Source: an uncultured Thermoprotei archaeon
GTDB taxonomy: Archaea > Thermoproteota > Thermoprotei > Thermofilales > B15-G2
Length of the DNA: 64,000 nucleotides
Reading direction: 5' to 3'
NCBI GenBank assembly: GCA_965367815.1
Contig: CBDUKN010000007.1
Location: forward strand, 49,669 to 113,668
Position 1 is the first letter of the stretch. Every line of letters starts with the position of its first letter. This document shows, one piece after another, positions 38,741 through 49,265 of the stretch. The translations under genes were made by a program, and so were the position numbers. A model generated the notes under the pieces. It did no database searches. It worked only from the letters and a program-made list of their open reading frames with translations, and was not told the origin of the DNA.

Positions 38741-39756
38741 CATATTCTAGGAACAATTTCGCCCATAGGCTCTTCGACAATGCGTGTACCTCCCACAGAC
38801 GTCTTCATGTAAACTCTAGGCGGCTTTTTATCGACTGCTTCTCCGATAATAGCAGCTTCAGTATAGCCTCTAGACTTAAGTTCCTTTAGAACCTCTTCGG
38901 CAATACTACCTTCTACTCCCATGACTACTCTTCCTTCGCAAGCCAGCACGAGAGGATCTACTCCAAGCATTTCGCAGTAAGCTAGGACTTCTTCTTTAAT
39001 AGGAATGTTTTCTTCATAAATAATAATGCTGACTTCGGATTTTTTGGCTAAGTCATTTAAGGCCATAGCTAAGCCTCCTCTCGTAGGGTCTTTGGCCGCA
39101 TGAATCTTAGTTATTCTCTGTACAGTCTCGATTATGTCTATGACGGGAGTGCAGTCGGAAGTCAAACTAGACTCTACTTCTATTCCTGCCTGACACGCCA
39201 TAATAACAGCGCCGTGGTCTCCTATAGTTCCAGAAACAATTATTTTGTCTCCAAGCTTAAGGCCGTTATTTCTAATGAGATTTTCTTTAGAGACAAAACC
39301 CACACCTGTAGTTGATATAACTATTTTGTCTAGTGAACCTCTAGGCATTACTTTAAAGTCTCCTCCTATAAGAGCTATGTTTTTCTTCTCAAGAACATCG
39401 ACCATAGACTTGACTATTTCATAGAGCTTATCTAGAGGAAATCCTTCCTCAACGACAATAGTGTCTAGAAAAGCCAGCGGCTTTGCTCCCATGACAGCTA
39501 AGTCATTTATTGTTCCAGTGGCCGCTAATTTACCTATATTTCCTCCAGGAAAGAAAATAGGGTTTACTGTATAACTGTCAGTAGTTATAGCCAAGTAGTT
39601 TCCTTCACCTACAGGCAGTAAAGCAGAGTCTTCAAGCTCGCTCAGCCCTGTTCCACCTTCAATTTTCTTCAATGAAACTAAATCGACTAACTTTTTGATA
39701 AGTGAAGACATTTCAGCGCCTCCTGCGCCGTGGGCTAAAGTAACTATTTCTTCCAT
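38737..39756 (-). CDS. hypE: Hydrogenase maturation carbamoyl dehydratase HypE
   Basis: LAHGAGG, TTDSYTV.P.FFPGGNIG, GTINDL, DPTRGG, CEG, C-terminal PRIC; ATG at 39756 preferred. Confidence 0.95.
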   Translation of the reverse strand: MEEIVTLAHGAGGAEMSSLIKKLVDLVSLKKIEGGTGLSELEDSALLPVGEGNYLAITTDSYTVNPIFFPGGNIGKLAATGTINDLAVMGAKPLAFLDTIVVEEGFPLDKLYEIVKSMVDVLEKKNIALIGGDFKVMPRGSLDKIVISTTGVGFVSKENLIRNNGLKLGDKIIVSGTIGDHGAVIMACQAGIEVESSLTSDCTPVIDIIETVQRITKIHAAKDPTRGGLAMALNDLAKKSEVSIIIYEENIPIKEEVLAYCEMLGVDPLVLACEGRVVMGVEGSIAEEVLKELKSRGYTEAAIIGEAVDKKPPRVYMKTSVGGTRIVEEPMGEIVPRIC

Positions 39757-39808
39757 CAAATAGATGTTCTGCTTCACTAGTATTTATAGTAGTAGAACTT
39801 TAGCGTAG

Positions 39809-39831
39809 AGTATAGATTTATCGTCTATACT
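39809..39831. promoter_or_regulatory. Inverted repeat AGTATAGA-N7-TCTATACT in divergent promoter region
   Basis: Perfect 8-bp arms between hypE and the secreted-protein gene. Confidence 0.45.
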
Positions 39832-39864
39832 TCGAGTACATAAAAAAGATTAATAAACAGAGAA

Positions 39865-40518
39865 GTGTTCACATGTATGAATAAGTTAGCTATAGTTTCA
39901 ATACTAGCGCTACTATTAATTTCGCCTATACCTCTAGCTTTCCTTGAGGGGAGCGGGGTAAAAGAAGTTACAGGAACAATAGTTAAAATAACAGATGAAG
40001 GCATCGTATTATCAACTAATTCAAGTGAAATAGAGCTCTTTTGCAGAGGCGTATGGGTAGTATTCTACAATAATACTAGAGTCAAAGTCACATGGAATAA
40101 AGTGAAGACAAGACTTTCTGAAGGAATGACCGTGACAGCTAAATACATTACCAAGGAAGTAAAGGGCAGACAGCTGAATATAGCTTTATCTCTTAAGATA
40201 GGAAACTATACTCTAGTTAGAGCGAAAGCACTCAAGAAACATGTTGAAAGGAAGCATATAGTAAAAGCTAGCGGAACAGTAGAAGAAGTGGGCTCAGACT
40301 ATGTTGTAGTAAATATTAATGGGACCAGCGTTAGACTAGAAACTAAAGGAGAGTGGATAGTTAAGGGATCCTGGAGCTCCATAACATCAGCTCCCCTAAG
40401 TCCTGGAGATAAAGTACTAGTAGTGTACTTAAAGCTAAAAGACAAGAACATAGCCTTAGGCTTCAAAAACTACGACAAAAACCTCATTATTGTGAGAAAA
40501 AGACCTCGAAGCAAGTAA
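39865..40518 (+). CDS. Secreted protein with two OB-fold-like repeats (DUF5666-like)
   Basis: Signal peptide; repeats VTGTIVKI..RGVW..LSEGMTV..NIAL and ASGTVEEV..KGEW..LSPGDKV..NIAL. Confidence 0.6.
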   Translation: MFTCMNKLAIVSILALLLISPIPLAFLEGSGVKEVTGTIVKITDEGIVLSTNSSEIELFCRGVWVVFYNNTRVKVTWNKVKTRLSEGMTVTAKYITKEVKGRQLNIALSLKIGNYTLVRAKALKKHVERKHIVKASGTVEEVGSDYVVVNINGTSVRLETKGEWIVKGSWSSITSAPLSPGDKVLVVYLKLKDKNIALGFKNYDKNLIIVRKRPRSK

Positions 40519-40570
40519 TTTATTTGCTATTAAAAGCAAAGCATATATTTTATTTTTCTTTTAACCATCT

Positions 40571-41038
40571 ATGGTAATGAAGAAAACTCATCTTGCGGCG
40601 GGTCTCTTGACATGGATTCTTCTCTCAAGTTACCTCAAGCTTATTGACCTAAATGCTCTGTTTTCCTCTGTTTTTGCTTCGCCTCTACCAGATTTTGACT
40701 TAAGAATTAAGCATAGAGCTTTGCTACACAATCTCTTTGCTATGCTAGCTCTAGCAAGTTTAGTTTTATACTACTTTGGGTACTTGAATGCAGTGTTTTT
40801 TACATTAGCCTATTTTTCTCACATACTACTAGATTCTTTAACGAAGGCGGGGGTCTCTTTACTTTACCCCTTTTCTAAAAAACGGTATGGTTTAAGACTT
40901 TTTAGAAACGGAAGTTTATTTGATAAGTTTATCTTTTTCTCTTTTACGGCGATGTTTTTACTACTATTTATCAAAATGTTCAGCAGCGTAGAATTTACTG
41001 AATTTTTAAAAGAATTTAAAGAGCTTTTAGCACGTTAA
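40571..41038 (+). CDS. Membrane-bound metal-dependent hydrolase (YdjM/DUF457-like)
   Basis: TH, LPDFD..HR..LHN, SHILLD.LT..G. Confidence 0.82.
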   Translation: MVMKKTHLAAGLLTWILLSSYLKLIDLNALFSSVFASPLPDFDLRIKHRALLHNLFAMLALASLVLYYFGYLNAVFFTLAYFSHILLDSLTKAGVSLLYPFSKKRYGLRLFRNGSLFDKFIFFSFTAMFLLLFIKMFSSVEFTEFLKEFKELLAR

Positions 41039-42590
41039 TTATCTCAGAGGATATTTCTTTGAATGCTCTTTTTCTCCAAGAATCCTTTTTAGCATACGAT
41101 AAGGTATATAGTATGCTTAAAGAGGCTTTAACAGCTATTTTAAGAAATAGTTTCTTAATGCTGTTTGAAGAATACTTCGAGAAGAAGGTTAGTCCCCATT
41201 CTCCTATATTGTATTTCCAGCACTTTATGAAAATCTCTTTCTGCAGCTCACTTAAGTGTTCAAAGGAAGTTTCCGGCCCGTTTTTGAGGTAGCAGGTTTC
41301 TTCAGGTACAAAGAACAGAGGAACTATGAATAACTTGAGGCTTGAAAGTTCGTCTAGTAGCTCTAGAGTCTGAATAACGTCTTCTTCTGTTTCTCCGGGA
41401 AGCCCCGTGATAATGGTTGCTAGCGGATACCAGTCATATTCGTTCATAGTGGCTATAGAGTCTAGTACTACTCTAGGCCAGTCTTCGGGCTTGAATGGTT
41501 TTGGTTTGCCCGCCATGTATTTGGCTATAAGCCTAGTGCTCCCCGTTTCTATTCCCACCTCAGTTGTTACTATTGTTTTATTCCTGTAGCTGTAGTAAGA
41601 GTACTGCAGTAGCAGCTCCGAGATCTCTTTAACTAGTTTCTTGTCGAGGAGTACTGGTGGCAGAGCTGAGTGGGCTGGCTGAATATACTTGACTCCTTTT
41701 ATGCTGGCTATTGCTTTAAGTACTTTGAGTATTTTCTCGCCGTTAGGCTTGAAATCTGGGCTATTACACCCATAGAGAAATAGATCGTCCGTAGCCACTA
41801 GGATAAAGTCTTGTCCTGCTTCAACATTTACTTTCACTTCCTTTACTACGCGGTCTAAGGGCATGCATCTTCTAACTTGCATTGTAGGAGAGCAGAACTG
41901 GCATCCACGTCCGCATCCTCGAGTAATTTCGACAACTCCGTGGACTGCTGCCCGCTTAATGCAAGGTATTTCGTCAGCAGAAGCAGGAGTTCCGTAAACA
42001 ACTTTTTCTACAGGCTTACCTTCAATTAGCTTAGAGAAGAGTTCTCCTACTATTTTCTCTCCTTCACCTATAATGACTACGTCAACGCCGTACTTCTCCA
42101 TCATCTTTTTCTTAGCTAACTGCCAGCTACCAGCGCCTCCTACAACTATTTTGACTTTAGGCTTATATTTCATCCACTTTTCTGAAAGCTTCTTGAACTC
42201 GTAGGCGGTCATCGACTCGCCTAAGCCTATTAACGTAGAGTAAGTTATGCTAACGAAAGCTATTCCAAGAGGATCCATTGATGATACAGCTATTACTTTA
42301 GTTTCCGGGCCCACTACTTTATCTAAGTCATCGGGATGAACTACAGCTACTTCTTCTTCGCTGAAGCCGTACTCTATCAGAGCGGCTTCTATTTTCCTTA
42401 AGCCATATGGGGCATAAAGGACTTCGTAGTTATCGAGTTTAGGTACAGGAGTGTAAAGTGTTTTTAAGAGAAAGCACCTCGGAATAAAACCTGGTTTAGA
42501 AAACGAGGCTGAAAAAGCTATAAAAGGGCTTTTCTTATAGTCGCTCATTTCGGTAGCTGGCGAAGTAAGAACTATCTTCGGCGAAGTCAT
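41016..42590 (-). CDS. B12-binding-domain radical SAM protein
   Basis: APYGLRKIEAAL, MDPLG, GGAG.WQ, GEGE, EITRGCGRGCQFC (CxxxCxxC), GIETGS, GLPGET. Confidence 0.88.
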   Translation of the reverse strand: MTSPKIVLTSPATEMSDYKKSPFIAFSASFSKPGFIPRCFLLKTLYTPVPKLDNYEVLYAPYGLRKIEAALIEYGFSEEEVAVVHPDDLDKVVGPETKVIAVSSMDPLGIAFVSITYSTLIGLGESMTAYEFKKLSEKWMKYKPKVKIVVGGAGSWQLAKKKMMEKYGVDVVIIGEGEKIVGELFSKLIEGKPVEKVVYGTPASADEIPCIKRAAVHGVVEITRGCGRGCQFCSPTMQVRRCMPLDRVVKEVKVNVEAGQDFILVATDDLFLYGCNSPDFKPNGEKILKVLKAIASIKGVKYIQPAHSALPPVLLDKKLVKEISELLLQYSYYSYRNKTIVTTEVGIETGSTRLIAKYMAGKPKPFKPEDWPRVVLDSIATMNEYDWYPLATIITGLPGETEEDVIQTLELLDELSSLKLFIVPLFFVPEETCYLKNGPETSFEHLSELQKEIFIKCWKYNIGEWGLTFFSKYSSNSIKKLFLKIAVKASLSILYTLSYAKKDSWRKRAFKEISSEIINVLKAL

Positions 42591-42708
42591 GGCAGTCAGC
42601 TTAATGATTTTTCATTAAATATATTCTTTTCGTTTCTGTCCACACAGTTTCTTTAAAAATGAAAACGATAACGTATTTATCTGACCAAAAGACTAGTGAC
42701 ACGGTATT

Positions 42709-45700
42709 ATGCTCGACTTTAACGCCTTTCCAGTAACGAAAGTTGATGCCTCAGGTAAAGTAAATAGAGGTAAGTACAAAATTATAGGAAAGTGTGAGCT
42801 TGAAAAAGGAGTATTCAAAAACGTCGATATTTCTGGAGAGTACGCTGATTTAATTAAAGTTATTGAGGAAGCTGCTAAAGACGTAGATTTATCGTGTGCA
42901 CTTGAGTTTTCTGTAAATTCTGAGTACCTCCTAGAAGCAGTTGACAGAAAAAGAGTTAGGCTAGATGTAGATGTCTTGAAGGAGATTCCAGAGAACCTTT
43001 ACTCAGGCCTAAAAACTCTCTACAGGCTTAGCTTTATTTACGCCAAAGAGCTTTTTGAAAACGGCTGGAGGAGCGCACTTAAAAAAGTTTTAGAGGAATA
43101 CAAGAGGCTTTCTGGTAGCGATAAAGAGCACTTGAGACGGGTCTTAGAGCAGCCCTGTATAGACGCACACAAGTTTTTCTTGAAGTTTCTCGAAAAAGCT
43201 TCTATTACTTCAGGAGATGAGCTAGAGTGGTGGATTACCTGGATTAGAGCCCAAGTAACGAGAGACTATCCCTACGATATTGAAAGAGTCCGAGAAATAA
43301 TAGAGAGATACGGCGACGAAGTATATTCGAGCGAGGCAGTCGACGAATTTTACAGAGTAATTAAAGGCAGCTATAATGAAGACTTAGATGAAGAAAACAT
43401 AGCTAGGCTAGCTAAGAGAGCTAGAGAAAAGGGCGAGCTAGTAGTATTCACTAGACTTGGACGTGCGTCAATAGTAATGGGCTATTTGCTGGCTGCGTCA
43501 AAAGTACTGAAGCCGGGGAGAGAACTGATTGAAGCTGTAGAGAGCTTGGAGAGCTATATTAAGAAGCTAGGGCTAGACGAACTGTATCCCTCGATACATA
43601 AACTAAAGCTCTTTCTCTCAAAAGAGGAAGTAAGTTTAGCTCAAATTATACGCTCAGTTAAATTAGCTTTAAGTGATGTCGAGGAGCTGGAAAAGAAGGT
43701 ATCTAGGGAGCTAAGAGAGAAGCTCGAGAAAGAAGCTATTTCGAGCAGTGAAGCAGCAGAGCAGCTAGAATACTGGCACAGAAACCTGCTTGAAGTCAAG
43801 AAGAAGCTTTACGATATTCTAGGCAAGGCGCACAAGCAGCCGTCGCGCCACGGAGTGTTCGTGTTCTTCGGGCAGAGAATATCTCCTCAAGGATCCTATA
43901 GAATAGCTCTCATAAACGAGAACCTAAGAGCATACAAGGGCCCGTCGTTCGGCTTAGAGGAGTACATGATTAAGGGAGGCTACAACATCTACTGTACTCC
44001 ATCGCTAAGAGTCTTAAAGTACGTCGACTACTGGATAGAGGCACTGCCGCTATTTATTCACGAGAAAGAGGGAGGAGGCTATGAAATAGACTACGAAAAC
44101 CTTGAGGCAGCAATAAGGAAAATGGCTCCTTACTGGGCACTGAACATCGAGAGAGCAGAAAAAGAGGGAACGAGAAGGCCTACATTCTGCCTAGTAACAA
44201 CACAGAGCTACAATATGACTCACTTGGTGAGATTCTGGCTAGAAGAAGAAATGGCTCTATTCAATACAATCAGGGCAAAAAACCTTGAAAAAGAAGTAGA
44301 AGCACTAGTTAAAGAGTACCGCAGAAAAATAGCTGAGTACGCTAACGAAGTAGTAGAGGAGCAGCATCTACATGAAGCACTATCAATAGAATTAAAGAAA
44401 ACTAAAAACAAGGAAAAAGCTTTAATAAACATAATATATAAAGATCCCGTTTTTGCACACCAAGTAGCGTGCTTAGCTCTAGTCAAAGAATATGGTCTCG
44501 AAAAGAAAGTAGAAGAAGAACTGAGTAAAGTTCTCTCAGAGAAACCTGGAATAAGCAGAGAGGAGGCTTTAGCTGAAGCTAGGGAAAGAGTTTTAGCGAA
44601 AACATTCATAGATCCCGAAACCTTTGAGCTAACTTCAGAGCCTAGAGGAGTAGCTCTCATAGAGCTTGCTGGAAGATATCTTAGAGACCACTTAGACTTA
44701 GCGGAATCTACTGCGCGTAAAGAAGTTGTGGTCAAGCACGGGCTCTTAAAGGAACTCTACAGATACTGGTACTCTGCTGAAGGGCCTAACAAAAAGTATA
44801 ATTTAGCGTATACACCGAGCAGAGTAGACTTAGGGCCAAATGAAATACCTTCAGTAATAGACCAAGGACAGCCAATAGGACCTGTTGACATAGAGTCTGG
44901 AGAAGCCACGAAAGAGCTCTTCGATAAAATCAACATATCAATCGAAGGAGCCTACGTCTACCTGAATACAGCTTGCGCTGAAGGCCAGAAGACGCTAGAA
45001 AATGCTTCGAGAGACGACAACTATGCTTTTGCAAACATAGTGGCGCTAACAGCCCAGGCAATGGAGTCTAACGCTTACTCCATTATAGCCTACATAAACA
45101 TGAGGCCTACACACCTAATACTCTGGCCGGGCAGAGGCTACGGAGGATTCTGTATACCTAAAGATGGCCTCTTCGTGAGCTATGTGCTCAGCCTCAAAAA
45201 CAGAGACATTCTGCGTAAGCTTGGAGTACCTGAGCAAGCACACTTAAAAGTCTCTAAGCTAGTCGACGAGCTTCTTTCACTCAAACAAGAGTACGAAGAT
45301 CCACTAGAGTGGATGGAGCTTGTAGAAGAAAAACTAGGAGAGCTTATCGATAAGCTCAAGCAGGCAAGAATATACGTTCCTCCGCTTCAAGCAGTCTCAA
45401 GTGTAATCGAGAGACTTAGAGGGCCTAAAGACCATTGGAGCGAGTACTTGAGAAAAGTCGCGTCAGTTCTCTACGAAGCGAGGTACGTGCCTTCACGAAT
45501 GGTTAATAATTACATGCCTTACCATACTGCAGCCTGCATGTACCATGCACTAGACTTAGCCAGGAGGAAGAATCCTAAAGTCCCTGCCGACAGCGAAGCA
45601 GTTTTCTGTATACAGGCCTCCTATAAGCCGGGAGTACAGGATAGCAGACTTTCAACAGAATTCGAAGTATTCTTAGCACTAACTAAGTCAAAAGACAGGC

Positions 45701-48700
45701 TCAAGAGATTCCGCTGGAAAGAGCTGAGGGAGCTCGCGTCGCTAGCTCTCGACAAAAGATCCGTGCCCAAGGAAATTAGAGTAGTAGACCCGCTAATAAA
45801 TACCCGGGACTGGCTTTTCGACAGTGAAATAGCTCTGAGGAGAAAAGCTGAGGGACTCAAAGAGATTCTCTTAGAGAAAATAGAAGGCTTCACCGAGGAC
45901 GATATTAGAGTAAATGTCGAGAGATTTGGTGCAGAATACGAAAAATGGGTTATAGGCTTTAGAGAAAACGGAACTGAGGTAAAGCTCTCCGATAGACCTG
46001 AAATACTAGTAGAAGTAGCTAGAACAGTTTTCGAGGAAGAAGGCATAGAGTATGAAAAAGCCTTAAAGTACGCTAAAGTCTATGGCCTCGATTTCACTAA
46101 GTGGCCTGGGCTCACGCAAGATAAGGCTAAGTTGCTCAAAGAGCGTATTAAAGGACTCTTCCAGTGGCTCGTAGTATACACTAAAGGAATAATTCAAGAT
46201 CCAGAAGAAGGCCTCAAAGGAGTAGATGTACTCAGCCTCGGCATACCTCACCCAGAGATACTGGCCTATGTCTTAGACTTACCTAGACTCAGATTCCTCA
46301 TGACTACAGGAAACCCGTCTAGTGCTCTGGCAATAGTAGATGGTACAGCTGGAGCAAGAGGCCCTGTTTTCGACAAAGACTTAGTTAAAGAGTGGCTGGC
46401 TCTAGGAGGAACATACGTCGCTATAGGAGTTTCAGATGAAATAGTTGAGCACTGGAGAAAAGAAATAGAGTACGAGAAGAGGCTCGCAGAAAATCTCCTA
46501 GAAGCAGTTCTCGCAGAAAACTGGAGTAAAGCAGAAGCGGTCTTAAAGGAAGTAGTAAGCTATTACTCTAGTCCAAGCAAGTACGAAGAATACGATTTCC
46601 TTAGAAGAGGATACGAGATAGGAGTAGACACTAAGCTCACAAGCTACATTACTAAAAGGTATCGTGCACTACAGAAAATCTCTGAGCGAGTCACAGGAGA
46701 ATTCAGTGTCAAAGACCTAGATTTCGCCTCATTCATAGCACTTGGAGGAAGATTCCTCTTAGCTAGCAAAGCACGCGAGTTCTCGAGCTACGAGGAGTGG
46801 GAAAACTTCGTAAAAGACCTTTGGAAAACATTTGAAGAGAAAATAAGTAAAGCTCCCTTCAAGAAGATCAAAGGAAGGCTCAGCAGAAAAGAGGCTGAAG
46901 AAATAGTAAAAGTGCTTCTACTGAGAGAAAAGGCTGAAGTAAAGAAAGAGAAGAGGCTCGGCGGAGCACTGAAAGGAGAGATGAGAGAAGAGTGGGAAGT
47001 ATTCCAGCGCAGAATTATTAGAGCTAGACAGAAGAGGGCGGCTGAAATACGTGCACTACTACCATCAGTTATTCTCGAAGACTTCGAGGTAACGTACAGG
47101 AGAGCTAAAGATGTTCTAGGAGAGCCTAGAGCCTACATCAGCGAAGAAACCTACACAAAGTTCCTGGTCTTATCAATGTTGTCTATCAAAGCTCTAGCAG
47201 AAAAGCTAGGCGGAGACCCGAGTGAAGCAGAAAACATTATTAACGAGGTATTCAAGATAGGCGGACTCACTATAGCAGGCTACAAGAAAGTAGTAGACTA
47301 CTTAACAGAGTTAGCTGGTCTAGTTCAAGGAGACAAAGAGAAACTAGAGCTAGTTGCAATGGCAGCAGAACTCGTAGACACTGCTTTCGCACTCGAGCTG
47401 ACTCTCTCAGCTGCCAGCTGGAAAGAAGTATGGGTAGGCATAGCAACTTTCTTCGACAAAATGCTCAACTGCCATATCTTCGACTACAAGCCCTACCTCT
47501 ACTGCAGAGCTAGGTTCGCTAAAGACAAAGAGTTCAGAGACGTCTTCACGAGAAAAGAAATATTTGAGCTAATGAAAAGAAGATACTCTTGGCTATACGA
47601 ATACCTCAAAGACGTTCTCCTCAAGAGAACAGAGCTCAGATTCATGGATCCCTCTAAAGCAGAAAAACTACTCACAGTAGGCACCGACAGAGATCCACTC
47701 GCAGCCGAAGAAGGATACCGGGAAGCAGCAGAATTCGTATTCAAGTTAGCCAGAATCAGAGACTTAGCTACACTATACCACGACGGATTCTTCATACCGG
47801 AAGTCCTCGAAGAAGTTGACCCAGAAGCAATTAAAGTTGACGAAAGAGTAAACATAGTCATACTCTACAACCTAGGAAACACTACGGCAATGACATTCCT
47901 CAAGAGAGCACCGTACCACCACTCAGGAAAAGGACCAGACAAAAACATTATTCTCACAAACTTTCTGAGACTTGAAGAAAGAAATGGAGTGACACTAGTC
48001 TACGCAGACTACGGCTTAATGTTCCTCACTAAAGAAGAGTACAAGAAAGCAGGAGGCAGAGGAGAACTAGCGAAGCTCATACTAGACCCGGAGAAAAGAA
48101 AAGAATACGAGCAAGCTGAAGGACGCTTCGTTTTCGCTATATTTAAGAAACCAGTGCTAGTGCACGCAGTTTGGCCTCACTTCACGCACCCATGGTTCCT
48201 GAACCAGACGCTGGAGAAAATAGGAGTACCTCTCATGCAGAGTAGAGTCATAGAGAGACTAACCTACGAGAAAACAGAAATGCCTCTCATGATAGAGTAC
48301 TACAGCAAAGTCACTGGAGACAAAATAGAGTTCATAGACCAAATCAATATCTACAGAGGAGAGCTCAAAGATCTTCTACTTGAAGAGAGAAGAAAGAGAG
48401 TAGAAGATATTCTACTGAAGTTCTCTGAAAAACACCATAAAGTAATAATAAAGACGTCCACAGAGTCAGGAGGCAGAGGAACAATCATAGCGCTGCTCAG
48501 AAAGCCAGACGGCTCAATAAACAACGAAAACATACTTGACTCTGAAGGCAACATAGATGTCCATGGATTCAAGTCAGCCGTAGACTTCATTGTAAATGAA
48601 ATATTGCCGAAAGATGATGCAGTAGTACAAGAATTTATACCATCTAATCCAAGAGAAATACTTACGCCAGAAGCACTAGAGCTAGTAAAAAGAAGATTCG

Positions 48701-49236
48701 AAAAACTAGGCATAATCATAAAAGACGATACACCTCTCTACTGGAACTTCAGAAACTACGTAACACAGGCTCCAGGCAAAGAACCAGAAATAGTCGGCTG
48801 GATAATGCTAGTACACGTAAAGGGTATAGCAAACTACGGTCAAGGAGGACAGCTATTCGTACTCGAAAAAGAAATGTTCAAACCAGAATACAGGTACTTA
48901 ATCGACGAAATGGAGGAAGTAAGCAAGAAAATGATGAAAGCCCTCGAGCTCTACGCACCAGTCTACGCCAAGAAGAAGGGCATAAGCATAGGAAAAGACC
49001 TCACAGGAGTCTCGTATGCCAAACCAATGATTGATCTATCAGACTTAATGCTCAAGCCAGTAGGCGAAAAGAAGTGGACAGTAGTACCTATAGAAGAAAA
49101 CGTCGGAATGGGACTCTTCTATCCCTATGAAAAACAGCTAGCACAAAAGGGTAGAGAAGGAGAATCAGTCGACCCAATACTAGTAAACTTCGCTCTCTTA
49201 GGAGAAAGATATAGAAAAGTTATTTCAAAACTCTAA
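42709..49236 (+). CDS. 2175-aa fusion: expanded NDP-sugar dehydrogenase (UDP-Glc/GDP-Man DH family) plus C-terminal ATP-grasp
   Basis: AYTPSR, AEGQKTLENASRD, WPGRGYGGFCIPKD, SYKPGVQDSRLS, VDP, DVLSLGIPH; C-terminal YEK, VIIKTSTESGGRG, VVQEFI, IANYGQGG, DLML, IEEN. Confidence 0.7.
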   Translation: MLDFNAFPVTKVDASGKVNRGKYKIIGKCELEKGVFKNVDISGEYADLIKVIEEAAKDVDLSCALEFSVNSEYLLEAVDRKRVRLDVDVLKEIPENLYSGLKTLYRLSFIYAKELFENGWRSALKKVLEEYKRLSGSDKEHLRRVLEQPCIDAHKFFLKFLEKASITSGDELEWWITWIRAQVTRDYPYDIERVREIIERYGDEVYSSEAVDEFYRVIKGSYNEDLDEENIARLAKRAREKGELVVFTRLGRASIVMGYLLAASKVLKPGRELIEAVESLESYIKKLGLDELYPSIHKLKLFLSKEEVSLAQIIRSVKLALSDVEELEKKVSRELREKLEKEAISSSEAAEQLEYWHRNLLEVKKKLYDILGKAHKQPSRHGVFVFFGQRISPQGSYRIALINENLRAYKGPSFGLEEYMIKGGYNIYCTPSLRVLKYVDYWIEALPLFIHEKEGGGYEIDYENLEAAIRKMAPYWALNIERAEKEGTRRPTFCLVTTQSYNMTHLVRFWLEEEMALFNTIRAKNLEKEVEALVKEYRRKIAEYANEVVEEQHLHEALSIELKKTKNKEKALINIIYKDPVFAHQVACLALVKEYGLEKKVEEELSKVLSEKPGISREEALAEARERVLAKTFIDPETFELTSEPRGVALIELAGRYLRDHLDLAESTARKEVVVKHGLLKELYRYWYSAEGPNKKYNLAYTPSRVDLGPNEIPSVIDQGQPIGPVDIESGEATKELFDKINISIEGAYVYLNTACAEGQKTLENASRDDNYAFANIVALTAQAMESNAYSIIAYINMRPTHLILWPGRGYGGFCIPKDGLFVSYVLSLKNRDILRKLGVPEQAHLKVSKLVDELLSLKQEYEDPLEWMELVEEKLGELIDKLKQARIYVPPLQAVSSVIERLRGPKDHWSEYLRKVASVLYEARYVPSRMVNNYMPYHTAACMYHALDLARRKNPKVPADSEAVFCIQASYKPGVQDSRLSTEFEVFLALTKSKDRLKRFRWKELRELASLALDKRSVPKEIRVVDPLINTRDWLFDSEIALRRKAEGLKEILLEKIEGFTEDDIRVNVERFGAEYEKWVIGFRENGTEVKLSDRPEILVEVARTVFEEEGIEYEKALKYAKVYGLDFTKWPGLTQDKAKLLKERIKGLFQWLVVYTKGIIQDPEEGLKGVDVLSLGIPHPEILAYVLDLPRLRFLMTTGNPSSALAIVDGTAGARGPVFDKDLVKEWLALGGTYVAIGVSDEIVEHWRKEIEYEKRLAENLLEAVLAENWSKAEAVLKEVVSYYSSPSKYEEYDFLRRGYEIGVDTKLTSYITKRYRALQKISERVTGEFSVKDLDFASFIALGGRFLLASKAREFSSYEEWENFVKDLWKTFEEKISKAPFKKIKGRLSRKEAEEIVKVLLLREKAEVKKEKRLGGALKGEMREEWEVFQRRIIRARQKRAAEIRALLPSVILEDFEVTYRRAKDVLGEPRAYISEETYTKFLVLSMLSIKALAEKLGGDPSEAENIINEVFKIGGLTIAGYKKVVDYLTELAGLVQGDKEKLELVAMAAELVDTAFALELTLSAASWKEVWVGIATFFDKMLNCHIFDYKPYLYCRARFAKDKEFRDVFTRKEIFELMKRRYSWLYEYLKDVLLKRTELRFMDPSKAEKLLTVGTDRDPLAAEEGYREAAEFVFKLARIRDLATLYHDGFFIPEVLEEVDPEAIKVDERVNIVILYNLGNTTAMTFLKRAPYHHSGKGPDKNIILTNFLRLEERNGVTLVYADYGLMFLTKEEYKKAGGRGELAKLILDPEKRKEYEQAEGRFVFAIFKKPVLVHAVWPHFTHPWFLNQTLEKIGVPLMQSRVIERLTYEKTEMPLMIEYYSKVTGDKIEFIDQINIYRGELKDLLLEERRKRVEDILLKFSEKHHKVIIKTSTESGGRGTIIALLRKPDGSINNENILDSEGNIDVHGFKSAVDFIVNEILPKDDAVVQEFIPSNPREILTPEALELVKRRFEKLGIIIKDDTPLYWNFRNYVTQAPGKEPEIVGWIMLVHVKGIANYGQGGQLFVLEKEMFKPEYRYLIDEMEEVSKKMMKALELYAPVYAKKKGISIGKDLTGVSYAKPMIDLSDLMLKPVGEKKWTVVPIEENVGMGLFYPYEKQLAQKGREGESVDPILVNFALLGERYRKVISKL

Positions 49237-49265
49237 AACACTACTAGGCTTCAAGCACCAAAATT

